A DNA stretch of 64,000 nucleotides from the sequence record NZ_AP019754.1; one strand, written 5' to 3'. This DNA comes from a plasmid. Positions 31,318 through 45,190 of the stretch are shown here, in pieces (position 1 is the stretch's first letter; every line of letters begins with the position of its first letter). The position numbers were made by a program, and so were the translations under genes. The notes beneath the pieces are model-generated. The model was not told where the DNA came from and searched no databases. It was given only the letters and a program-made list of their open reading frames with translations.

Positions 31318-31989
31318 ATGTTACTGAAAGGTATGAATGATCCGTTACTTAAAGCGTATCAGCATCCAAAATCAAGGTTGATGATCAGTCGTTTCAGAGG
31401 GTTAGCGGGGGATCGTCGTCTCAGTGACTGGCAGGTTTTTTGTATTCTGGTCAACGGATTTACTAATTACTGGTACGTATTATCCGGTAATTTCAACATC
31501 CATGTTGAATATACTAAAACGCGGCAGTTCGATTTCATGCAGGATTTTTTGCATTTTTCTGTCACGCTCGATGGCTTATTAAGCGACGCGCACTTTCGCT
31601 GCCCCGATTTTATTTTGCCGCATTATGATGTTCCTTATGAATTTTGCCGCTGGCGCAGCAAACGCGGTTATGATTCTCCGGTGACGTATGTTGGCAACCA
31701 CGGTGTTAAATCCCATAAAGGTCTGTTTATTGCCAGCCACGATGCGACGCGAGATGAGTACCTGATGAAATGGGAAGGAACAGTCACGGTTTTTGATAAA
31801 GCCTTTTTTAAAATGGGAAGTTTTCAGACTACCTGTGACTTTTTAGTGAATGATATGACAAAAACCATTCGTGAAGGCGTGATCAAGCATTTGAGCCTGT
31901 ATCGTGACCTGTATAATTATATTTTTCCCTCGCCCGTGGAAGCGCGTATTCAGGCGCGTGACAATAAACGTTATTTGGCAAAGAAATAA
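31318..31989 (+). CDS. Hypothetical protein, low-GC orphan
   Basis: 223 aa from ATG 31318 with an AGGAG RBS 8 nt upstream. Visibly more AT-rich than its neighbours. I recognise no family. Confidence 0.5.
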   Translation: MLLKGMNDPLLKAYQHPKSRLMISRFRGLAGDRRLSDWQVFCILVNGFTNYWYVLSGNFNIHVEYTKTRQFDFMQDFLHFSVTLDGLLSDAHFRCPDFILPHYDVPYEFCRWRSKRGYDSPVTYVGNHGVKSHKGLFIASHDATRDEYLMKWEGTVTVFDKAFFKMGSFQTTCDFLVNDMTKTIREGVIKHLSLYRDLYNYIFPSPVEARIQARDNKRYLAKK

Positions 31990-32036
31990 ACAATCGGCCA
32001 GACCTCTCCTCGCAATCCGTTCAGAAGGGTAAACCG

Positions 32037-33833
32037 TTAGTGTCCGGAAGGCTCGCCAGGTATCTTCCAACGCAGCCAGGCATCCAGTTCAGTTTCGGCC
32101 ATGGGCTTGATATTGAAATATTCATATGCGACATCATTATCTTGCGGGGGAGCGGCAAGGGGTGACGTCGCGGCGTGAAAGGCGGTTTCATCCGCTAAGA
32201 CGATCGTATTAAACTCTTTTAAGGCGCTAAAAATACTGTGCGCTATCAGACGTGAAGTGATTTTTGCATTGATCGCGTTTGCCAGGACGTTATTAAGCTT
32301 GATGATGACAGGCGGGCTTTGGCGAAGGTAGCGTATTTTGCTATAGCCTTTAGCGGCATCCTCCCACGACATACTGAATCCCAGACGTCTGAGCATTTCC
32401 AGCCCCAGCATGGCGGCCGGGCTGTCAATGATATGCTCCGTTTTCACTATCTTGATGATGAGCAGTGAGACCGGCAGCCCTGCCTTTAGCATTTTCTCCG
32501 CCAGCTTTTCTGCAAAAGTGACGTCAGCAACATCTCGCTCGTGAAGACTTATCGTTACAGGTAACTGAATAGGGTGATGCCGGAGACGCTTAAGGCGGCA
32601 AATAGCGCGGTCGACCAGCCAGGCTGTGAGCTGTTTGTCCAGCTCTGTTCCCTCAGCCAGCGTAGCAAAATTATCTGCCGGCAGGTCGCCGCGCAACGGA
32701 TGGTGCCAGCGCATCTGTGCTTCAAGGCCCACAGGTTTGCCGCTTTTCAGGCATACCTTGGGCTGGAAAACTAAATGTAAACCGTGATTGTGTCGTAAGG
32801 CTTCTGCCAGTTCGCTCATCAGGGTAAAATCTGGCGCACGGCCTGAATCGCTTAATTCATCAAGACGAAACGGCGAGACCTTTTGGTCACTCTCATATTC
32901 CAGCGCATTGACTGCTCGTCGGAGAACCTCATGGGCGGGGGCATCACCGGCAACAAAATCTGTTTGCCCGACGCAGGTGGTCAGGGCCATAGTCAAACCA
33001 TCACCGACATCAGCACTGATTCCATTCAGACGCTCGACCACCCAGCGCGCACTGATGTGGCTGTCAGTATGGGTTAAAATCGCAAAACGCCCGGTGGCGA
33101 TAGTATAAAGCATGCCGCCACTGATTGGTCGAAGGCGTAAAGGCAGAAGCGTCGCCACATCTTTAAGCAACGACTCCAGCGATGCCATACCTAACGATCG
33201 GGATAATTCGAACGCGCGTGACATATCGATACAGTCAATCAGCACCAGACGGCGAGAAGCCGTGTCGTTCAGATTAGCAAGGAGCTGTATATCACGAACA
33301 AGACGTTCCCGATTCGCCAGGCCAGTAACCGGTTCGACAAAAGCCGCAGAGTGCCAGGCGTCAAGGAATGCGACAACTAACGCTGCCAGGGATTCAAAGA
33401 TATTTTTTTGCTGGTTGTCGAAAGGGCGCGGTACCGTATCCGTTACGCACAGCGTCCCCAGCATCAGGCCATTTTTGTTTTTTAGCGGCGTGCCGACATA
33501 AAAGCGGATGAAAGGCGCATGCGTTATTAACGGATGATGAGCAAAACGTGCATCACGGCAGGTATCCGTGACAACGACCGTTGTGCCGCCTTCGACCACG
33601 TGCCGGCACAAGGCCTGCTCGCGAGATGAATCTTGCAGCTCAATATTATAACTGGCGCGAACAATATGCTGTTCATCGGTCAGGACGGTAATATAACTTC
33701 CATGGGTGCCGAGCAGCTGGCTGGCCAGACGCAGAAATTTCTTCAGACCTTCATCCCGGCCGCGATCGGAAATGCTGAGTGCATTTTTTTCACTGGTGCG
33801 GTGAGGTTCCTTTTTACTGTATTCCATAGACAT
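32037..33833 (-). CDS. GAF - degenerate GGDEF - degenerate EAL signalling protein (probably a c-di-GMP binding/regulatory protein rather than an enzyme)
   Basis: 598 aa. The GGDEF motif position reads ATGRF. EAL signature residues are altered (EAQMRW instead of EALxRW; SWEDAAKGYS instead of DDFGTGYS). Confidence 0.7.
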   Translation of the reverse strand: MSMEYSKKEPHRTSEKNALSISDRGRDEGLKKFLRLASQLLGTHGSYITVLTDEQHIVRASYNIELQDSSREQALCRHVVEGGTTVVVTDTCRDARFAHHPLITHAPFIRFYVGTPLKNKNGLMLGTLCVTDTVPRPFDNQQKNIFESLAALVVAFLDAWHSAAFVEPVTGLANRERLVRDIQLLANLNDTASRRLVLIDCIDMSRAFELSRSLGMASLESLLKDVATLLPLRLRPISGGMLYTIATGRFAILTHTDSHISARWVVERLNGISADVGDGLTMALTTCVGQTDFVAGDAPAHEVLRRAVNALEYESDQKVSPFRLDELSDSGRAPDFTLMSELAEALRHNHGLHLVFQPKVCLKSGKPVGLEAQMRWHHPLRGDLPADNFATLAEGTELDKQLTAWLVDRAICRLKRLRHHPIQLPVTISLHERDVADVTFAEKLAEKMLKAGLPVSLLIIKIVKTEHIIDSPAAMLGLEMLRRLGFSMSWEDAAKGYSKIRYLRQSPPVIIKLNNVLANAINAKITSRLIAHSIFSALKEFNTIVLADETAFHAATSPLAAPPQDNDVAYEYFNIKPMAETELDAWLRWKIPGEPSGH

Positions 33834-34522
33834 TCCCGCTCCTGCCCGTTTGCTGAATAGAACTGCAAAAAAAGAGTGTACGACAAATGCTGGAAATAAA
33901 ACCCAATCAATATAAAAGGCAAAAGCAATTAATTTATTTCTTGTGGAGAGTGAGGGTGGGAATTATAAAGTTTTCATGTCTTTTTACTTAATGCAAATTG
34001 TATCCGTTTTTTTGCGTTGTTTTTTGGTTAAGAAGTTTGACGCTGAAATATTATAAATAATAGTGCGACCATTTTAATCAAGCGTTTCACTTTTATTTTA
34101 TCATTCAGCCCTAAATTAAATTTCAGATATTGTTCGTTTTTTTTAATGTATACATGCCGGGTTTTATGTCATTTATGCGTTGTGCATTACGCCGCCTGAC
34201 GGGATGGCACTCAATGGTTACGTCTGCAATGTCAGCTAATACAAGGCATTATCTTGTCTCAATGGCGGGCGGTAACGAGGCGTTAAAGTCAACCAATAAG
34301 CTATGTCGGGATCTTTACGGTGAATAGGCATTTTTAAATAAATAACCTTAATGAATAGGTTTCACGACGCCACAAGATTAATCCGGATCGTGCCGCGATG
34401 AAGCGTCGTCACCGTAGTATATTAATGTAAATTATTGTGCCTGTTCGCGAACCGATACCTGCATGTTTGGACAATAACTGATAAGCTATCTTCTACAATC
34501 ACGACGACGTTGGAGCTGCCCT

Positions 34523-35716
34523 TTGCTGACCACCATTATTTACCGCAGCCACATTTCGGATGACGTTCCTGTTAAGACGCTTCCAGGAATGGTGGATGAT
34601 GCCAGCATACTTAATGCTTCCCATGAAGTGACAGGCATTTTGTTGTTTAATGGCACACATTTCTTCCAGTTGCTGGAAGGCCCGGAAGAGGGCGTTCTTG
34701 CTATTTACCAACGTATCTGTGCCGATCGCCGACATCACAACGTGGTAGAACTGATGCGTGACTACGCGCCATCCCGTCGCTTCGGTAACGCCGGAATGGA
34801 GTTGTTCGATTTGCGTGAACACGATCGTTCAACCGTGCTTCAGGCGGTTCTCGATAAAGGCACCTCCAAATATCAGCTAACCTATGCTGACAGAGCGCTG
34901 CAGTTCCTGCGTACCTTCGTAGAAGCGCGTGAAAAAGAAAACTACTACGAGGTATTACCGTCAGAATACTGGGAATTCATTCCTGAAGCGCCTGCCTCAA
35001 GCGCGGCAAAATCCTCTCCTTCGGGTATCACCTTCCGACCGGTTGTTGATCCCCTTGCCAGGCAGGTGACGGCTATTGAGGCGATTACGGATACGCGCCA
35101 CAGCGGCAGCGATCCCAATGGGTCGGATAAAAAGTTACATGATGCCGACCTCGATGCCGTGATTAAAGCTTTCGAGATGGCAGGCAGGGCCTGTCCGGAT
35201 GAAATGACCCTGTATGTCAGCCTGCTTCCTATGACGCTGGTGGTCGTGCCGGACGCCGTTGCCAGAATTGTTGCAACCATCAACGCCTCAGGTCTGGTGC
35301 CGGAGCAGGTGGTCATTGGCGTCAGTGAAACCGAAGTTATTTCACGGCTGGAAGCGTTTTCCGTGGCTGTCAGGGAGCTTAAAGCCGCCGGTATCAGCCT
35401 GTCCGTTGATAACTTCGGTGCGGGCTCGGCAGGATTGTCATTGCTGACCCACATTCAGCCCGATCGCATTCGTATTGATTCCAGTATCACCACGGATGTT
35501 CATCGAAGCGGCCCGAAACAGGCAGTTGTTCAGGCGATCATCAAATGCTGTTCAGCATTAGAAATCACGGTAATTGCCGCAGGCATCGTGAAAGCGGAAG
35601 AGTGGATGTGGCTGGAAGCCGCGGGCGTGATCAACTTTCAGGGCAGTCTGTTTGCGTCGCCAGATTCGGGGCAGTCCGATGCGGTTGCCTGGCCAGAATA
35701 TCGTGACGCAATGTAA
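34523..35716 (+). CDS. BLUF-EAL blue-light sensor protein (BluF/YcgF-like; EAL motifs degenerate)
   Basis: The N-terminal ~95 aa form a BLUF domain (IIYRSHIS...VTGILLFNGTHFFQLLEGPEEGVLAIYQRICADRRH). The C-terminal EAL-like domain has EAI and DNFGAGSAG instead of DDFGTGYS. TTG start with a GGAG RBS. Confidence 0.75.
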   Translation: MLTTIIYRSHISDDVPVKTLPGMVDDASILNASHEVTGILLFNGTHFFQLLEGPEEGVLAIYQRICADRRHHNVVELMRDYAPSRRFGNAGMELFDLREHDRSTVLQAVLDKGTSKYQLTYADRALQFLRTFVEAREKENYYEVLPSEYWEFIPEAPASSAAKSSPSGITFRPVVDPLARQVTAIEAITDTRHSGSDPNGSDKKLHDADLDAVIKAFEMAGRACPDEMTLYVSLLPMTLVVVPDAVARIVATINASGLVPEQVVIGVSETEVISRLEAFSVAVRELKAAGISLSVDNFGAGSAGLSLLTHIQPDRIRIDSSITTDVHRSGPKQAVVQAIIKCCSALEITVIAAGIVKAEEWMWLEAAGVINFQGSLFASPDSGQSDAVAWPEYRDAM

Positions 35717-35854
35717 GTATGCTCATGCCGTTATAACGTCATAGTCTGAACGTTTATCGGTAATCTATTCCTGGCAGCACGGAACGCTGCTGTTATTCCA
35801 CTTATGCTCTACGTACCCGCCCTGTATTATCCTTCTTTACTGCTACGCATTTTG

Positions 35855-35876
35855 AATTCAGCCTGAATATCGCCAT
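35855..35876. promoter_or_regulatory. Degenerate parS-like site (AATTCAGCCTGAATATCGCCA)
   Basis: Differs at 2-3 positions from the parS copies at 5.0-8.2 kb. Located about 30 kb from parAB. Confidence 0.4.
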
Positions 35877-36202
35877 TTTTACCGATCCGCTATCTTCTAT
35901 CGCGAGTCATTGTTAATCGTCAGGCAGCCAGCAAGAGTGCGGGTGTGCTGTTGCGTAAGGGATGAATAACGATTCCTCGTACTCCGCGACAATATTTAAT
36001 GTCTCCACTTTTCGTCAGAGAAATTAAAACGATTTTACCTGAACAGTCTGAGCAGGGTGGTCAGGAGGCGGGCGCATAAAGCGGTATTACTCACCAGTGA
36101 GCTGAGTTAATCACCTTTCCAGAGATTACCTGGACACAAAAAGCACAGTTTGCGATCATGGCAGCATTACGGAAAATAAAAACCTGTTCAGGTACACATA
36201 AC

Positions 36203-36973
36203 ATGAAAGAAAACAGTCGCTTAGAATCGATCATGAATTATCTTAAAGGCAACAATCTGGTCACGGTTGAACAGCTTGTTACGGTGACCGGTGCGTCACC
36301 TGCGACCATAAGACGCGATCTGATTAAACTCGATCACGAAGGTGTCGTCAGTCGCACGCATGGCGGCGTTACCCTGAACCGGTTTATCCCTTCTCAGCCC
36401 ACGACGCTGGAAAAGTCGTCGCGCAATCTGGCTGAGAAACACGCGATTGCCCGTGTTGCGGCCAGTTTTATCAAAGCCGGTGATGCGGTGATACTGGACG
36501 CCGGTACCACCATGTTTGAGCTGGCGCGACAGATTACCCATATGCCTTTACGTGTGATCACCAACGATCTGCATATCGCGCTGTTTTTGTCTGAGTTCAA
36601 ACAGATTGAAGTGACAATTATTGGCGGTCGCATTGATGAAAGCAGCCAGTCATGCATTGGTGACCACGGACGAAAACTGCTTAATAATATTCATCCGGAC
36701 ATTGCCTTCCTGAGCGGTAACGGATGGGATGGGGTTAAGGGCGTGACGTCGCCTACAGAAGAAAAGGCCGCGCTCAAACGAGACCTGATCAGGAACGCCC
36801 AGCGCCGAATTTTACTGGCAGACAGCTCAAAATACGGCGCATGGTCGCTGTTCAACGTGGTGCATTTGAAGGAGCTTACGGATATTGTCACCGATGCCAA
36901 CCTGGATAATGAGATTCGGCAAAGGTTGCTGTCAAACCCACTCCCTGCGCTGACGATCGCGGAACCCGTGTAA
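36203..36973 (+). CDS. DeoR-family transcriptional regulator (HTH + DeoRC sugar-phosphate-binding domain)
   Basis: N-terminal HTH ([26 protein letters not shown]) and DeoR C-terminal domain. ATG at 36203 preferred. Confidence 0.75.
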   Translation: MKENSRLESIMNYLKGNNLVTVEQLVTVTGASPATIRRDLIKLDHEGVVSRTHGGVTLNRFIPSQPTTLEKSSRNLAEKHAIARVAASFIKAGDAVILDAGTTMFELARQITHMPLRVITNDLHIALFLSEFKQIEVTIIGGRIDESSQSCIGDHGRKLLNNIHPDIAFLSGNGWDGVKGVTSPTEEKAALKRDLIRNAQRRILLADSSKYGAWSLFNVVHLKELTDIVTDANLDNEIRQRLLSNPLPALTIAEPV

Positions 36974-37240
36974 CACGCCGTTGCCTATGGCGGTGTTGCA
37001 GACCAATCGGGTGCGGATGAGTGCGTGGCGGAACAGCGCGTTAACCGCGTGGCACAGATTATTGCCCGGGCATGGCATCAAGATTTGCCCAGAGGAGCGC
37101 GCGGCTGAGAAAGGATTAAGGGTTTGCGACAGGATAAATGCGTCAGGCAGGTACCAGGGTTGGCGCCAGAACACGACATCGCTGAACCGGCTGATAAAAT
37201 ACGCGCCTGGGTCACGCAACCGTTATCCCGCCAGCGAGCG

Positions 37241-37519
37241 TTACTCGTCTATCAGGGGTTTGAGATACAAGCGTGTATCGCCGTCTTCACCATGTTTTGG
37301 GTGCCAGACCATGGCTGCATTTTCATCGCCGATGTAGGTCATCCCCAAAGGTTCTATGACTGCATAGGGCCGCGCGAAAGCGGCCCGGTAGGCCAGTAAC
37401 TCTTTTGCCATTGCCACAACCTGATGAGAAACGTCGTCGGGGTGGGTGACAATGTGATTCAACTGTTCTTCAGTCAGCATACTTCCATTCCTGAACACCC
37501 AGCCCATAAACGAAGCCAT
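37241..37519 (-). CDS. Hypothetical small protein
   Basis: 92-aa ORF. A heptamer microsatellite lies 62 bp upstream of its start. Confidence 0.35.
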   Translation of the reverse strand: MASFMGWVFRNGSMLTEEQLNHIVTHPDDVSHQVVAMAKELLAYRAAFARPYAVIEPLGMTYIGDENAAMVWHPKHGEDGDTRLYLKPLIDE

Positions 37520-37580
37520 CTGGCAGGGGTTTTAAATCTGTTAATTATAGTCAAACGGGTTACCGTCAGCTTTCGTCATT

Positions 37581-37622
37581 GCTCAACGCTCAACGCTCAA
37601 CGCTCAACGCTCAACGCTCAAT
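37581..37622. repeat. Heptanucleotide microsatellite (GCTCAAC)x6
   Basis: Perfect tandem repeat read directly. It sits in the 5' region of the minus-strand ORF 37241-37519. Confidence 0.95.
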
Positions 37623-38286
37623 GGACATGACCCATATTGGCTGTAGGGCGTAGCTTACTACGGGAAGGACAGATTTCGAAGGCCTGTTGACAGCGGTGCA
37701 GAAGAAAGGAAAGGGCAGCAGGACAGGCGTTACCTTATGCGTCGAAAAATCAGACAGAAAAGACGCGACAGCTGGCCTGCGACATCTTCACTATTTATAG
37801 CCATATGATCGCGGTTGGTGTTGTTGGCTTCAGCAACAGGGTAGCGCGCGTTTTACGCTTGTGCATGAGCCGCCATTTTCGCTTCCGCCCCGTCAGGCTC
37901 AGAGAATGAGGCGGTAACGCGTTACACAAAACGATCTGAAGATATTGCTGAAAGAGCGGTAAGCGCAACAGGTGAACGCATTTTCATGTTATAGCCTGCG
38001 GTTATTCAGGCAGGCAGCTGCGCTTTTGATGAGGTGAATGATAAATATGCCCGGAATAATCAGGTCGTTTATTCGATTGCTTCACTTTGGCTTGCACTCA
38101 TGTGTGCTATCGACATAGCGGACGACGCGGTTTCTCGTTAAAAATCTTAGAAAAAAGTTCCGGTCATGTTATACAGTCTCGCATAGCCCTTGTTTGCGAT
38201 AAATCGTCCTTTAACAGGGCGCTAAATATTTAAATTTAGGCTAAATTAGTTTCTGCGTTTTTGCACCCGCACAAGGGGAGGCTGTT

Positions 38287-40053
38287 GTGCACAATAATCA
38301 AAGTGGCAATGACGAAAATCGTCTCAAAGCGGTTAAAGCACTTTTGTCACCTGATGTCACCAGGGATGAGGTGCTGGAAAAGTTTGTTCATCTTGCCGCG
38401 CAGGTACTGGGCATTTCAGGCAGTTTTATTTCTATTATTGATGATAAAAATCAATATATTAAGGTTTCCCGTAATTTCAATCTTAAAGAATCCGCACGAG
38501 AAGTTTCCCTTTGTCGTCACGTGATTGACGGTGACGGACAGCTCGTTGTGCAGGACACATTACAGGATAACCGCTTTACCTTTCATCCACTTGTTGAGGG
38601 TGAGCCGCACATTCGGTTTTATGCAGGCGTGTCGTTATCTAATCTGGAAGGGCTGGTTTTAGGCACGCTTTGCGTGACCGACACAAAGCCTCATACGTTT
38701 AGTGATGAGCAACTGGACACCTTAAAGTCGCTGGCAAAACTGGTTAGTTCTTTTCTGGATGCCTGGAATCTTGCCAGTTTCACGGACCTGATCACGCTTT
38801 TACCCAACCGGCCCCGACTTATTCGCGACATGCAGCAGTTGACCGTCAATAATCCCGATCGTCGTTTTCGCCTGATCCTCATCGACTGTCTTGATATTCC
38901 ACAGGCGTATGAGTTATCCCGTACTTTTGGCATTGCGCCGGTAGAAAACCTGCTCAGACAAATTGCCGGACTGGTCGGTGTTCGTCTTCAACTGCAGTCA
39001 GATGACATGCTGTATTCATTTGCGCCCGGCCGGTTTGCGTTAATACAACCTTATCTTGGTGGTTATAATGCGCAAAGCACCGTTGAGGTATTAACCAGCC
39101 TTAAAGCAGATTTAGCGGATAACATTACGATTGATATTGATGTTTATACGGGTGAGACAGAGTTTGTTTCCCGCGACATCGATGCGAATGAAGTGGTGCG
39201 CCAGGCGGTTAGTGCATTACACGAATGTATCCATCAAAACATGGGCGCCATGACGTTCGATCATGCTTATGATTCGCGTCGCACTGAAGATTTTTTGATT
39301 ATGAACGATCTGGCTCAGGCGCTTAAAAAAGATGAAGGCCTGTACCTCGCTTATCAGCCAAAGGTCTGTTTAAAAACGGGAAAAACCGTAGGGCTTGAGG
39401 CTTTGATCCGCTGGCACCACCCGGAGAGAGGCGAACTGTTTCCGGCCGACTTTATACCGCTGGCCATTAAAACCAACCTGATTTCTGTCCTCACTGACTG
39501 GGTTATCGATCGCGTTATTATTCAGCTTAAGCAATGGAACAACGAGTTTGAACTTATCCCGGTATCCGTGAACGTCAGCGAACGTGACTTTTCCAGACCA
39601 GAGTTTGCATCTGGCTTAGCCAGTAAAATGCAGGCGGCAGCCTTGCCGACAGCACTACTGGGCATTGAGTGTCTGGAAAACGAGCTCATTACGGAGAGCG
39701 ATATCGCCATTAACGGGCTGGAGGCGCTTAAAGCTCAGGGATTTGTTATTTCACTGGACGACTTCGGTACGGGCTACAGTAATATCAGTTATCTGCAGGA
39801 AATACCGCTAGATGTCATTAAGGTCGATATGTCTTTAATTGGCCGAATGGATGGCGATCATGCATCAAGAATCATCGTGCGGAGTATTATCATGATGTTG
39901 AAAGAACTGAATTATACGGTACTGGCAGAAGGCGTTGAAACTGAAGCCACGTTGAGTTTGCTGAAGCAATACGGTTGTGACCAGATACAGGGTTACTTCT
40001 TTTCGAAGCCGCTCCCGGCCAGCGATATCGAACACTGGTTGCTGCAGAAGTAA
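38287..40053 (+). CDS. GAF - degenerate GGDEF - EAL c-di-GMP phosphodiesterase (EAL catalytic motifs intact)
   Basis: 588 aa. Paralog of the 32037-33833 protein (shared GAF block LCRHV..GTLCVTDT). Intact EAL signatures YQPKV, EALIRW, DDFGTGYS, EGVET. GGDEF position reads APGRF. GTG start with GGGGAGG RBS. Confidence 0.8.
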   Translation: MHNNQSGNDENRLKAVKALLSPDVTRDEVLEKFVHLAAQVLGISGSFISIIDDKNQYIKVSRNFNLKESAREVSLCRHVIDGDGQLVVQDTLQDNRFTFHPLVEGEPHIRFYAGVSLSNLEGLVLGTLCVTDTKPHTFSDEQLDTLKSLAKLVSSFLDAWNLASFTDLITLLPNRPRLIRDMQQLTVNNPDRRFRLILIDCLDIPQAYELSRTFGIAPVENLLRQIAGLVGVRLQLQSDDMLYSFAPGRFALIQPYLGGYNAQSTVEVLTSLKADLADNITIDIDVYTGETEFVSRDIDANEVVRQAVSALHECIHQNMGAMTFDHAYDSRRTEDFLIMNDLAQALKKDEGLYLAYQPKVCLKTGKTVGLEALIRWHHPERGELFPADFIPLAIKTNLISVLTDWVIDRVIIQLKQWNNEFELIPVSVNVSERDFSRPEFASGLASKMQAAALPTALLGIECLENELITESDIAINGLEALKAQGFVISLDDFGTGYSNISYLQEIPLDVIKVDMSLIGRMDGDHASRIIVRSIIMMLKELNYTVLAEGVETEATLSLLKQYGCDQIQGYFFSKPLPASDIEHWLLQK

Positions 40054-40057
40054 ATGC

Positions 40058-40130
40058 CCTGAAGGCGACAGTCAGTGTCGCCTGAAAAGCAGGACAGCCT
40101 GCTTCAGGGGGTTTTGCCAGCAGCGCTTCA
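40058..40130. terminator. Tandem hairpins between the convergent EAL gene and ascB
   Basis: aggcgaca...gtcgcct and aagcagg...cctgctt stems followed by GGGGGTTTTG. Confidence 0.5.
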
Positions 40131-40161
40131 GTCGGTTAAGAGGCTGAAGCGCGCTGTGCGA

Positions 40162-43070
<2,909 letters not shown>

Positions 43071-43382
43071 GATTTTATCTCGTAGGGAAGAGGAAAGTGC
43101 GCTCGGGTTTCCGCTCTGGCCGTCGTGTTGTTGTTTTACTTCGCCAGTCAGCCTGCCTTACTCTGCATCTGACCCACGGTGCGGCTAAATAGGAAACCGG
43201 TTTCACAAAATCATGAAGAGATTTCGCCTTTTAAACAAGAGTGTAAAATAGAGTGATGTTATTTTTGTGATGATAATCACTTTGAGTGGCGAAGCAGGCG
43301 GCACGACATTAAGGCTAAATATTTTAAATAATGAAAGGCTTAGGTAAACTCCATTTACTCTGAAGATTCTGGCAGCGATAAC

Positions 43383-44390
43383 ATGACAACCATTTCACAA
43401 GTAGCAAAACGCGCCGGCGTCTCAAAAGCGACAGTTTCGCGGGTGTTGTCAGGTAAGGGTTATGTAGGGCAGGAGAAGCGGGAACGGGTTTTGCTGGCCA
43501 TTGCGGAGACAGGCTATCGACCTAATCTGCTGGCACGTAATCTGGCAAATAAAAGTACCCAAACCATCGGGCTGGTTGTAACCAATACACTGTACAGTGG
43601 CAACATTTTCAGTGAGTTAATGTCTCACTCTGCCAGAATTATGGAGCAGCAAAATCGGCAGTTGATCCTGGCCGATGGCAAACATACCGCTGAGCAGGAG
43701 CGCGCTGCCATCCAGTTTCTGCTCGATTTACGTTGCGATGGCGTTATCATCTATCCGCGTTTTCTCAGCATCGACGAGCTGGATGCGATTATTTCGCAGC
43801 ACAAGCAGCCTGTGCTGGTCATTAATCGTCGTCTGCGAATCAATGACAGCTTCTGTATTTACAGCGATCAGCAGGCAACCAGCCAGAGGGCCGTCAGTTA
43901 CCTGATTGAACAGGGCCATCGTAATATTGCATTTATTACGGGATCACTGGATTCGCCGACCAGTCAGGAGCGACTTGCGGGCTATAAAACCGCGCTTCAC
44001 ACCCAGGGAATCGCAGTTAATCAGCAGCTAATTGTGCAGGGCAAATGGACGGCGCAAAGTGGGATGCTGGCGGTGAAAACATTGCTGGCGAGCGGACAGC
44101 CCTTTAGTGCTATCGTCGCCAGCAATGATGAAATGGCTATAGGGGCGATCAAACAGCTTACAGAAAATAATATTGCTGTACCTGGAACCGTCTCGGTCAT
44201 TGGCTTTGATGACATTCCGCTGGCCCCTTATATAACGCCTGCGCTCTCCAGTGTTAAATTTCCCGTTACCGATATGATCAATGACACCATTAATCGACTG
44301 GTCTTTATGCTGGATGGCGGTGAATTAACGCCGTTTACTCCCTATCAGGGCAGCCTCGTTGTGCGTGATTCCATTACCGGCATCACCTGA
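43383..44390 (+). CDS. ascG: LacI-family transcriptional repressor (AscG-like), divergent from ascFB
   Basis: 335 aa; N-terminal HTH TISQVAKRAGVSKATVSRVL plus periplasmic-binding-like effector domain. Confidence 0.8.
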   Translation: MTTISQVAKRAGVSKATVSRVLSGKGYVGQEKRERVLLAIAETGYRPNLLARNLANKSTQTIGLVVTNTLYSGNIFSELMSHSARIMEQQNRQLILADGKHTAEQERAAIQFLLDLRCDGVIIYPRFLSIDELDAIISQHKQPVLVINRRLRINDSFCIYSDQQATSQRAVSYLIEQGHRNIAFITGSLDSPTSQERLAGYKTALHTQGIAVNQQLIVQGKWTAQSGMLAVKTLLASGQPFSAIVASNDEMAIGAIKQLTENNIAVPGTVSVIGFDDIPLAPYITPALSSVKFPVTDMINDTINRLVFMLDGGELTPFTPYQGSLVVRDSITGIT

Positions 44391-44395
44391 TGCCT

Positions 44396-45157
44396 TTACT
44401 GTGCTGAGTCGATCGCGACCTGTATTAACCCGATACCTTGCGCCGCGAGTCCGGCCACCACGTCCTGAGAAAGCCCCTTTTCCGTAATGACGTGACCGGG
44501 CTGAAAACCGGAAGACAGGGGATAAGGATGGATCTGCCCGAATTTAGAACTATCGGTCAGAACGTAGCTTTCTGCACCTTTAGCCAGCACGGCATCCACG
44601 ACATCACATCGCAGCATATCCCGCCCGGTGAAGCCGGTTTCCGGGTGCCAGCCATCTGCACCAATAAAGGCCTTATGGAAGTGCATTTGCTGTACGCAAT
44701 ACCGGGTTAAGGGCCCCGTCATTGATTCGCTGCGCTTTTGCAACATGCCGCCCAGAATAATGACTTCACAGGCCGCGTCTTTAAGCAGATGGCCGATATA
44801 ATGGCTTACGGTGATTAACGTCAAATTTTTGCGGCTGGCCAGCATACGTGCCAGCAGGGCGTTGGTGCTGCCGCCTTCGATCAATACAGATTCGCCATCG
44901 TTAATCCGCCCGGCTGCATAACGGGCGAGCGCCAGTTTTATCCCATAGCGGGTATGCATTCGCACGCCAACGTCGTCGCTGTCTAATGCCTGAGCCGCAC
45001 CGTGAACTCGACGTAAAACCCGCTTTTCTTCCAGCAGGTTGAGGTCCTGGCGAATGGTAACCTCCGACACACCGGCCAGCTCAGCCAGTTCGCTGACGGC
45101 GACGTTGCCTCGGGTATTAACCAGTTCAATAATTTTCTGCTGACGCGTATTCATCAT
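44396..45157 (-). CDS. DeoR/GlpR-family transcriptional regulator
   Basis: 253 aa; HTH ([25 protein letters not shown]) plus DeoRC domain. Confidence 0.75.
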   Translation of the reverse strand: MMNTRQQKIIELVNTRGNVAVSELAELAGVSEVTIRQDLNLLEEKRVLRRVHGAAQALDSDDVGVRMHTRYGIKLALARYAAGRINDGESVLIEGGSTNALLARMLASRKNLTLITVSHYIGHLLKDAACEVIILGGMLQKRSESMTGPLTRYCVQQMHFHKAFIGADGWHPETGFTGRDMLRCDVVDAVLAKGAESYVLTDSSKFGQIHPYPLSSGFQPGHVITEKGLSQDVVAGLAAQGIGLIQVAIDSAQ

Positions 45158-45190
45158 GGTTCTCTGCTCTGACGTTGAGTCTCACTGGTT

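Noticed and set aside
33834-34522. AT-rich 690-bp divergent intergenic region between the GAF-EAL and BLUF-EAL genes as a possible small RNA or regulatory hub
   Set aside because: Only compositional bias (AT tracts) is visible. There is no conserved promoter/terminator pair or structure I can support, so it is left as an ordinary H-NS-type promoter region.
36981-37399. ORFs 36981-37337(+) and 37124-37399(+) overlapping the 37241-37519(-) ORF
   Set aside because: They overlap each other and the minus-strand ORF. None has a recognisable domain, and I cannot tell which if any is real. Only the minus-strand one, which has a plausible N-terminus, is kept, at low confidence.
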